NCBI GenBank assembly: GCA_028691385.1
Contig: JAQUZL010000001.1
Coordinates: forward strand, 1-50,120
DNA: 50,120 bases
Source: Oscillospiraceae bacterium
GTDB lineage: Bacteria > Bacillota > Clostridia > Oscillospirales > Oscillospiraceae
Reading direction: 5' to 3'
This document shows, piece after piece, positions 43,610 to 50,120 of the stretch. The first letter of the stretch is position 1; each line of letters begins with the position of its first letter. The notes beneath the pieces were generated by a model. The model was not told the origin of the DNA, did not search any database, and saw only the letters and a list, made by a program, of their open reading frames with translations. Both the position numbers and the translations under genes were made by a program.

Positions 43610-46600
43610 TCAATTTTCTTGCAGCTTGGTACGATCCTGCACGGAGCAGAGAATGGTGGTGCGTGCCAAATCCAGATACCGATAGTTCGCGCGCATGCTG
43701 TGCAGACCGGCGGGGGTAATCGCCTGATAGTTGACGGTGTAGAGCTCCTGCTGCGCGAGCGCGCGCCGCACGGTGGAAAGGGAGAGCTTTTCCACCGTTT
43801 GCGCGGCGTCCTCCGGGCGGCAGCGCTGGTGAATATACTGGGCAAGTCCCGCAGAAATATCATGCAGCTGCTCCTGCGCGGCGACGACTGCGTGCAGCTT
43901 ATGCCCGTGGAGAATCTCCGGCTTGCCGGTTTCGGCGTCCAGCAGGCAGATGGAGTCATATTCTGTTTGCAGCAGCCGATCGAGCACCTGCTGCAGCGCT
44001 TTTTCCGCGCCGATGTCCCAGAACGAGAAAAAGGCAATCAGTTCCTCGGTGTCGGGCTTGGGCATCAGCTTGACCTTCAAAGAAAACCAGGTCGGCTTCG
44101 TGCCGGGTACGCAGGCGGGGAATTCAAGGGACTTTTCCAGATGACCCTTGGCATAATCCTGCTTCAGTTGGGTGGCGCAGAATGCGGCGATGCAGCGTTC
44201 CCGCTCCGCCTCCAGCGGAATGAGATAGGTGCAGACGGCGCGGAACGACGCGTCGTTGAAGCAAACGGCCTTTGGATCGTCAATCATGTGAAAAAAGCTG
44301 TGCGCCTCTTCCACTGCGCCGGTGGTCACATTGACGCGGAAGGAGGAAACAAGACTTGACGAGAGCGCGTTGAGGTAGGCGGCTTCTTCGAGGAAGCGCT
44401 GCTCGGCGCGCTTTTGCTCGGTGATGTCCAGCGCAGTGCCGATGGCCTTGGCGGGCGCACCGGCGGCGTCCTTGCTGATGAGGGTATAGCGAATCCGCAG
44501 CCAGCGCGCTTCGCCGCTTTCCGGCGTGGTGACGGGCACATCCCTGGTCACGTGCGTTTGCCCATTTTGCAGCGCCTGCAGCATGGACGCCTGCTCCGGC
44601 AGCGGCTCCGGCAGGCGCGTGGCGGCAGGCGCGCGCCACGTCATGGAAATGCCGGGGATGGAAAAATCATAGACCCAGCTGCGCATGCCGCTGTGCTCCA
44701 TGGCGGCGGCAAGCATATCGCGCTGCTCCTGCAGCTGCACGCGCACATGGTGCAGCTCGGTAATGTCGGTGTAGAGCGCATAAATGAGCAGCGTTCCATC
44801 CGGCTGCGCCTTGGCTGCGGCCTGCATGCGCAGCCAGATATACTGCTTTTTCGTCAGATGCATCACGCGGTAAATGCAGTCGATCGGCGCGTGCGTTTGC
44901 AGCAGCTTCTGCATGGACTCGCGCGCAATCTGCACATCATCGGGATGGACAAAATCCGCGGCGAGATTGTAGGAGTTTTGGTAGGCGGTATCTGTGCTTG
45001 CGCCGATAATCCGCGTCAGCTGGTCGCTGGTCTGCAAGGTCACAAGGCCGTGGCCGTCCCACTGGTACAGGCACAACGCGCCCGGCACCGTGTTGAGAAT
45101 GCTTTTCAGCTGCAAATTCAGATTGGCGCGGACGGTGTTGTCCATAATATATTGAATGCGCGCCGGACGGCTGCCCCAGATGATGCGCTTTTCCTTGATG
45201 AGGTAGCTTCTGCCGGTTTCCTCGGAAAACACCTCATGCTCCGTGTATTCCAGCGGCAGACGATCAATGGGAACGCAGTGGGGGCAGGGACTGCTTCTGC
45301 CCCAAAGCGCCTCATAGCAGGGCTTGGACAGACACAGCGCCTTGTCCATGTTGGCCATGGAGCAGGCCACGGCATTGAGATAGTGCAGGCGATAGGATTC
45401 AGCATCGCAGACCAAAATGGCGTCGCTGGATTCGTCCAGCAGCCAGTCCATATTGCGATAGAGCACCTGATCGGGCAGATCCATCTCGCCGCCGTAAATC
45501 TGATAGCGGTTTTTACCCAGACGCTTAGCGGTCAAAAGGGACATGTCTGCGTTGTGGTACAGCGTCTGATAGTCCTTGCCGAACTGCGGCGCGATGCTCG
45601 CGCCGATGGAGCAGGTGATCTCCATTTCGCCCAGCTGAAAATGCAGGCTTTCGCGGATGCGCTCCAGGCGCTGGGCAATCTGACTTGTGGAGAGCTTGGC
45701 GCGCACGAAAACGGCAAATTCATCGCCGCCCATGCGGCAGACAAGATCATCCTCGCGGAACAGCGCCTGCAGCCGCTCGGCGACCGAGCGAATGGCGTCG
45801 TCGCCGTATTCGTGGCCATAGTGATCGTTGATGGATTTGAAGTTATCAATGTCCAGCATGTAAAATATGGCATTGAGATTTGGGTCATGGTTAAAGGACG
45901 CCTGCACCTGCCGCTCCAGCTCCATGCGGTTGTATAGACCGGTCAGCTGATCGAGCTTTGCCTCAAGCGCCAGCTGCTTCATCTTGCTGAGCATGCGCTT
46001 TTCCCGCTCCAGAATCTGCACGGTGCTGCGCGCAAGCACGTTCTGCACCCGATGAACCGCAATGTCGGGACTGAAGGGCTTGGGCAAAAAGTCGCTTGCG
46101 CCCAGCTCAAAGGCTTGCCGCTCGCTTGCTTCACCCGGCTGGGAGGACACGATGACCGGGATGGTGCTGAACAGCGGGTTGGCCTGCAGCTTTTTCAGCA
46201 GCGCAAACCCATCCATGACCGGCATGATCAGGTCGAGTAAAATCACGGCAATCTCATCGAAATGATCTTCAATATAACGGTAGGCGGCAAGACCGTCGGC
46301 GGCTTCCACAATGGTGAAATCGTCCTGAAAGCACTGGGTTAGGATGGCGCGGTTCAGCTCCATGTCGTCCACAATCAGCATGCACTTCTTGCCGGCGCGT
46401 TCACTCACATGGATCACTTCCGACTCCAGATGCAGCCGGTTCGCGCTCACAGGATCGGCAAGCGCGGCGTCCAGCAGCAGCGCGGTGAAGTCCGCAGCGC
46501 GCATCGGCTTGGCATAGTAATAGCCCTGCACATAGTTGCAGTCCATGTTGCGCAGCATGTCAATCTGCTCCTGCGTTTCAACGCCCTCGGCCACGACCAG

Positions 46601-48127
46601 CAGATCCATCCATTTGGCAAGGCTGATGATGAAGCTTGTGATATTGCGGCGGTTTTCCCGTTGGTTTTCTTTTTGGATGAAGCGCATATCCAGCTTGAGA
46701 ATATCAATGGGCAGCTCCGAGAGCATGTTGAGGGAGGAATAGCCGCTGCCGAAATCATCCATTTCGATGGGGAAGCCCAGATTTTTCAGCGTGCGGACAA
46801 CCTCAATCAGCTGCTCGGGGTTCTCGGTATAGGCAGTTTCCGTGATTTCAAGATGGAGCTGGCTCGGCTGCAGGCCGTGCTTGGCGACAATGCCGCTCAA
46901 AATCCCCGGCAGATTGGCCTGATAGATGTCCTTGCGGGACACATTGACGGATACCGGCACATATTTTTGCCCGAGATGAATCCAGCTTTCCATGATTTCA
47001 CAGGTTTTGTCCCAAACGTAGCTGTCCAGCTCCGTGATAAATCCGTTCCGCTCAAACAGCGGGATAAACGCGCCGGGGTTCATATTGCCAAGCTTCGGAT
47101 GCTCCCAGCGCACCAGCGCCTCGGCGCCGGCAATTCGGTCGCTGGACAGGTCGTACTTCGGCTGCAAATACACTTGAAATTGCCCCTCGGCCAGCGCCTG
47201 CGCCATGGAGTTTGTGATTTCCTGCTCCTGCAGCAGCTTTTGCCGCAACGAATCATCATAGAAGGCGCTGGCACACTTATACTGCCCTTTCAGCGTTTCC
47301 GCAGCCAGCATGGCGCGGTCGCACATCAAATCCACCGACACATCCCGGTTGGTGACGGGATAAATGCCGAATTTCAGCGAGATTTTCATATTGAGCGGAT
47401 ACAGCGCCAGATCCCGCTCCGCCTGCGTGATGAGGCAGCGCAGGCCGTCCTCGTCCAGCGCCGCCTTTGGAACCAGCGCGGCAAAGTGGTCGGCGTTGAG
47501 CCGCGCGCAGATGCCGCCTGCCTGCACAGCCGCTTCGGAAAGGCGGCTGCCGATAAAACGCAGCAGCTTGTCGCCCTCGGTGGTGCCGAACCGGTCGTTG
47601 ACCAGCTTGAACCGCTCAATGTCCGTGATGACCAGATGATAGCAGCCGGACGGATCATCCTCCAGAATCTGCGTGGCGCGCCGGTAAAACGCGTCCCGCG
47701 TGAACAGTCCCGTGAGCGTGTCGCGCTCAATGCGGATGATACAGACGTTGGATTCATACAGCTCAATGAGGTTGGCAAGCCGCTTGCGCAGCACAACAGG
47801 ATGATAGGGCTTGGGAATAAAATCGCGCGCGCCCAGCTCCAGCGCCCTTCCCTCGGTTTCGCTTTTGTCGGTCTGCGATGCGACAATGACCGGTATGGAC
47901 GAAAGGTCGGGGCTTTTGCGCATGGCCTCGAGCACGCCGTAGCCATCCATCACCGGCATGATGAGATCCAGAAGAACGGCGGAAATCCGCGCGGACGGCT
48001 GCTTTAAAATAGCCAGCGCTTCTTTTCCGTTTTCTGCCTCCAGAATTTTGTATTGGTCGCAAAGAATCTTCTGCAGGATGCGGCGGTTGATTTGCTGATC
48101 GTCAACAATCAGGATGGTTTTAAGCAT
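43610..48127 (-). CDS. REC - degenerate GGDEF - EAL - REC - GGDEF - multi-PAS protein (c-di-GMP synthase/phosphodiesterase)
   Basis: 1505 aa. REC1 has LLDLIMPVMDG (D54). NADHF replaces GGDEF at residues 211-215. EAL motifs are EALVRW, EITE, DDFGSGYSS, KLD, EGVET and QGYYY. REC2 has LLDLIMPVMDG (D632). REDD-x5-GGDEF (800-804). PAS-like repeats run to the C-terminus. Confidence 0.92.
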   Translation of the reverse strand: MLKTILIVDDQQINRRILQKILCDQYKILEAENGKEALAILKQPSARISAVLLDLIMPVMDGYGVLEAMRKSPDLSSIPVIVASQTDKSETEGRALELGARDFIPKPYHPVVLRKRLANLIELYESNVCIIRIERDTLTGLFTRDAFYRRATQILEDDPSGCYHLVITDIERFKLVNDRFGTTEGDKLLRFIGSRLSEAAVQAGGICARLNADHFAALVPKAALDEDGLRCLITQAERDLALYPLNMKISLKFGIYPVTNRDVSVDLMCDRAMLAAETLKGQYKCASAFYDDSLRQKLLQEQEITNSMAQALAEGQFQVYLQPKYDLSSDRIAGAEALVRWEHPKLGNMNPGAFIPLFERNGFITELDSYVWDKTCEIMESWIHLGQKYVPVSVNVSRKDIYQANLPGILSGIVAKHGLQPSQLHLEITETAYTENPEQLIEVVRTLKNLGFPIEMDDFGSGYSSLNMLSELPIDILKLDMRFIQKENQRENRRNITSFIISLAKWMDLLVVAEGVETQEQIDMLRNMDCNYVQGYYYAKPMRAADFTALLLDAALADPVSANRLHLESEVIHVSERAGKKCMLIVDDMELNRAILTQCFQDDFTIVEAADGLAAYRYIEDHFDEIAVILLDLIMPVMDGFALLKKLQANPLFSTIPVIVSSQPGEASERQAFELGASDFLPKPFSPDIAVHRVQNVLARSTVQILEREKRMLSKMKQLALEAKLDQLTGLYNRMELERQVQASFNHDPNLNAIFYMLDIDNFKSINDHYGHEYGDDAIRSVAERLQALFREDDLVCRMGGDEFAVFVRAKLSTSQIAQRLERIRESLHFQLGEMEITCSIGASIAPQFGKDYQTLYHNADMSLLTAKRLGKNRYQIYGGEMDLPDQVLYRNMDWLLDESSDAILVCDAESYRLHYLNAVACSMANMDKALCLSKPCYEALWGRSSPCPHCVPIDRLPLEYTEHEVFSEETGRSYLIKEKRIIWGSRPARIQYIMDNTVRANLNLQLKSILNTVPGALCLYQWDGHGLVTLQTSDQLTRIIGASTDTAYQNSYNLAADFVHPDDVQIARESMQKLLQTHAPIDCIYRVMHLTKKQYIWLRMQAAAKAQPDGTLLIYALYTDITELHHVRVQLQEQRDMLAAAMEHSGMRSWVYDFSIPGISMTWRAPAATRLPEPLPEQASMLQALQNGQTHVTRDVPVTTPESGEARWLRIRYTLISKDAAGAPAKAIGTALDITEQKRAEQRFLEEAAYLNALSSSLVSSFRVNVTTGAVEEAHSFFHMIDDPKAVCFNDASFRAVCTYLIPLEAERERCIAAFCATQLKQDYAKGHLEKSLEFPACVPGTKPTWFSLKVKLMPKPDTEELIAFFSFWDIGAEKALQQVLDRLLQTEYDSICLLDAETGKPEILHGHKLHAVVAAQEQLHDISAGLAQYIHQRCRPEDAAQTVEKLSLSTVRRALAQQELYTVNYQAITPAGLHSMRANYRYLDLARTTILCSVQDRTKLQEN

Positions 48128-48242
48128 AATGAGGCCTCCACTTCATCAAGGGATGGCCGCGTACCGCGGCAAAAATGCAAACATGGACCGCGCTGCGCAG
48201 CAAAATTGGCGCAGCGTGCCAAGTCAAAATTTCTCATTATTT

Positions 48243-48271
48243 ATTTTACCTTACGATGCCGGTAAAATCAA
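48243..48271 (-). promoter_or_regulatory. sigma-A promoter of the DGC/PDE-kinase operon (TTGATT-17-TAAAAT)
   Basis: On the minus strand, TTGATT at 48271-48266, 17-nt spacer, TAAAAT at 48248-48243. Confidence 0.5.
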
Positions 48272-48295
48272 CGCAACTTTGCAAAATTTGCCGAA

Positions 48296-48336
48296 GCAAA
48301 TGAAGGCGGCGGCTGCCGTTGTGGCAGCCGCCGCCT
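48296..48336 (-). terminator. intrinsic terminator after the carbonic anhydrase gene
   Basis: 14-bp GC-rich arms AGGCGGCGGCTGCC / GGCAGCCGCCGCCT, 18 nt after the stop codon. The downstream tract is only moderately T-rich. Confidence 0.6.
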
Positions 48337-48353
48337 AAAAATCGGATGGGACG

Positions 48354-48893
48354 TTATTGCGCGGTGAGCGCGCCGGTTTGTGTGTTCATGACAAAGCCGC
48401 GGATGACGACGTCGCGCGGCATCAGCGGATGGTTGCGCAGCAGCTCCACGGTTTCGGCCACCGAGCCCTCCACGGTTTCAAAACCGCGCAGCCACGCTTC
48501 AAAATCAATGCCGCAGTAACGCATCATGTCGATGTGCTCCTGGGAGATCCCTCTGGCCTTCAAATGCTGAATCATCATGCCCGCGTGGATGCTGGCCACG
48601 CCGCAGTCCGTGTGGCCGATCACCATAATCTCCTGCACGCCCAGCTCCACAACGCTGATGAGCAGGCTGCGCACGGTGCTGCCGAAGGGATTGCTGACCA
48701 GCGCGCCGGCGTTTTTGATCATTTTTACATCGCCGTTGGCAATGCCCAGCGCGGCCGGCAGCAGCTCCACCAGTCGGGTGTCCATGCAGGTCAAAATGGC
48801 AACTTTTTTGTTGGGATACTTGTCGGTGACGTAGGGCAAATAGCCCTTGTTTTCCACAAATGTCCGGTTATAGGACAGCATTTCATCAATCAT
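48354..48893 (-). CDS. beta-class carbonic anhydrase
   Basis: 179 aa. Zinc-ligand motifs CMDTR and HTDCG. Confidence 0.9.
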   Translation of the reverse strand: MIDEMLSYNRTFVENKGYLPYVTDKYPNKKVAILTCMDTRLVELLPAALGIANGDVKMIKNAGALVSNPFGSTVRSLLISVVELGVQEIMVIGHTDCGVASIHAGMMIQHLKARGISQEHIDMMRYCGIDFEAWLRGFETVEGSVAETVELLRNHPLMPRDVVIRGFVMNTQTGALTAQ

Positions 48894-48970
48894 AGTCCGA
48901 CCCTCCGCGATTGTTTTTCACATTGACACAGGCCGTCCGGCAATTTGCTTTGCGGCGGTCTGTGGAAGCA

Positions 48971-48999
48971 ATTATAATGCAGGCCGTGGCATTGCGCAA
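48971..48999 (-). promoter_or_regulatory. sigma-A promoter of the carbonic anhydrase gene (TTGCGC-17-TATAAT)
   Basis: On the minus strand, TTGCGC at 48999-48994 and TATAAT at 48976-48971. The palindromic ATTATAAT also reads TATAAT on the plus strand (48973-48978). Confidence 0.45.
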
Positions 49000-49241
49000 C
49001 CAAAAAATCAGTTGTTACCATCGCGCAATCGAGTCCCGATTGTGAAGTAGGAAGAAAATGTCGGATTTTCGCCGCTTATGATTGACATATATTTACAAAA
49101 AGAGGCAAAATAAACAGAAAAAGTGGAAAAATTGCGCAGTATCATGTATAATAAAAACAAACGTGAGGGGCGCTGAACAGCGCTATCCGAAAGGGAAGCG
49201 CCTATGCCCACAACGAAAAAGAGACTGTGAGGAATCATGGC

Positions 49242-49928
49242 ATGGAATATGAAATTGATTTACGAAAAATTTTGCAGATTTTGTACCGGCATCTGCTGCA
49301 GATTCTGGGGATTGTGGTGCTGTTTGGCGCGGCGGCCGGACTGATCACCCACTACTGCGTCACGCCCGTTTATCAGGCGACCGGCTCCATGTACGTGTTC
49401 AATTCGGAGGGGCGCAACCAAAGCACAACCATCACCTCCACCGATATTATGACCTCGCAAAAGCTGGTCGATACCTATATCGTTGTGCTGCGCAGCAATG
49501 CAACGCTGACCCGGGTTGCCGAGAACGTGAACCTGGGCTATTCTGCGCAGCAGATCGGCGAAATGTTTTCCGCAGCGCCTGTCAACGACACGGAGATTTT
49601 CTCCGTGTCCATCCAAAACAAAAACCCCGCGCATGCGCAGCGCATTTGCAATGCCTTTTTGGAGATTGCTCCGTCGGAGATCATGCGGGTCGTAGAGGCG
49701 GGCGCGGTCAAGGTGGTGGACAGTGCGACGCTGCCGACCGTCCCCATTACACCGAGTTTGACAAAGAATATTGCGTTGGCGGCGCTGCTGGGTCTGATTC
49801 TGGCGGCCATGCTGTTCGTTTTGCGCGAACTGCTTGACACAAGGGTCAAGTGCGAAGAGAATTTGTCAAAGCGCTTCAATATTCCGGTTTTTGGCAGCGT
49901 GCCACTGATCAAATCGGAGGATAAGTGA
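49242..49928 (+). CDS. Wzz/CpsC/YwqC-type chain-length determinant (tyrosine-kinase modulator)
   Basis: ATG 49242 after GAGGAA. TM helix, extracytoplasmic domain, second TM helix (IALAALLGLILAAMLFVL), basic tail. Confidence 0.85.
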   Translation: MEYEIDLRKILQILYRHLLQILGIVVLFGAAAGLITHYCVTPVYQATGSMYVFNSEGRNQSTTITSTDIMTSQKLVDTYIVVLRSNATLTRVAENVNLGYSAQQIGEMFSAAPVNDTEIFSVSIQNKNPAHAQRICNAFLEIAPSEIMRVVEAGAVKVVDSATLPTVPITPSLTKNIALAALLGLILAAMLFVLRELLDTRVKCEENLSKRFNIPVFGSVPLIKSEDK

Positions 49929-49932
49929 TGTC

Positions 49933-50120
49933 ATGAAAAAGAAATTAAACAAAAAATCGGCCGCGCTGCGGAATAATTTGATTCTGGACAAAGTGCCTTT
50001 TCACGTGTTGGAAAGCTACAAGGCCATCCGCACCAATCTGATGTTTACCTGCAATCAGGAAAAATGCCCAACCATCATTTTTTCCAGCGCGATGCCCGAT
50101 GAGGGCAAAACCACAACCTG
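49933..50120 (+). CDS. CpsD/YwqD-type BY tyrosine kinase, 5' part only (runs off the window)
   Basis: Translation MKKKLNKKSAALRNNLILDKVPFHVLESYKAIRTNLMF...SSAMPDEGKTTT includes the Walker A start. Not in the ORF track because no stop codon falls inside the window. Confidence 0.8.
   Translation, partial: MKKKLNKKSAALRNNLILDKVPFHVLESYKAIRTNLMFTCNQEKCPTIIFSSAMPDEGKTTT

Noticed and set aside
48894-49241. c-di-GMP riboswitch (GEMM-I/II) or another riboswitch in the leader of the capsule genes
   Set aside because: Only generic GC stems (GGCGCT/AGCGCC) are present. I could not find the conserved GEMM core strings by eye. It would need an Infernal scan.

Overview
High-GC (~60%) chromosomal segment from a spore-forming Firmicute; a clostridial lineage is inferred from spoIIE, a SleL/YaaH-like cortex hydrolase, Gram-positive lipoboxes and the ylxS-type nusA operon. 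Most of the window is conserved housekeeping. It holds a class I fumarate hydratase alpha subunit, the nine-gene rimP-nusA-ylxR-ylxQ-infB-rbfA-nrnA-truB-ribF operon, a CYTH protein, spoIIE, rpsO-pnp, and a DEAD-box helicase with ogt. It also holds a three-gene NuoE/NuoF/GltD-fusion flavoenzyme operon, tRNA-Thr and tRNA-Tyr, gldA, and a LysM-GH18 hydrolase. The less ordinary parts are four. (1) A compact sigma-54 module at 25.7-32 kb: thiolase-hbd, an AcoR-like activator and a CoA-transferase, with two exact -24/-12 promoters and a shared CGATACACT upstream motif. (2) A 13-bp tandem repeat in a purine-rich, AT-rich spacer at 25.59-25.66 kb. (3) A TRAP transporter operon with a consensus-like sigma-A promoter and a ~290-nt leader, divergent from an EBP-like regulator that has lost GAFTGA and the Walker B Asp. 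(4) A translationally coupled two-gene operon at 39.7-48.1 kb encoding a 1505-aa REC-GGDEF(degenerate)-EAL-REC-GGDEF-multiPAS protein and a ~1310-aa cytoplasmic multi-PAS hybrid histidine kinase with two receivers. The window ends with a beta-carbonic anhydrase and the start of a capsule/EPS locus (Wzz-like plus BY-kinase). I saw no transposase, integrase, CRISPR array, toxin-antitoxin pair or recognisable defence system. The best candidates for something undescribed are the c-di-GMP/phosphorelay operon, the sigma-54 module and the tandem repeat, and all three remain hypotheses. All calls rest on motif recognition by eye in the supplied ORF translations and sequence; no searches were run.
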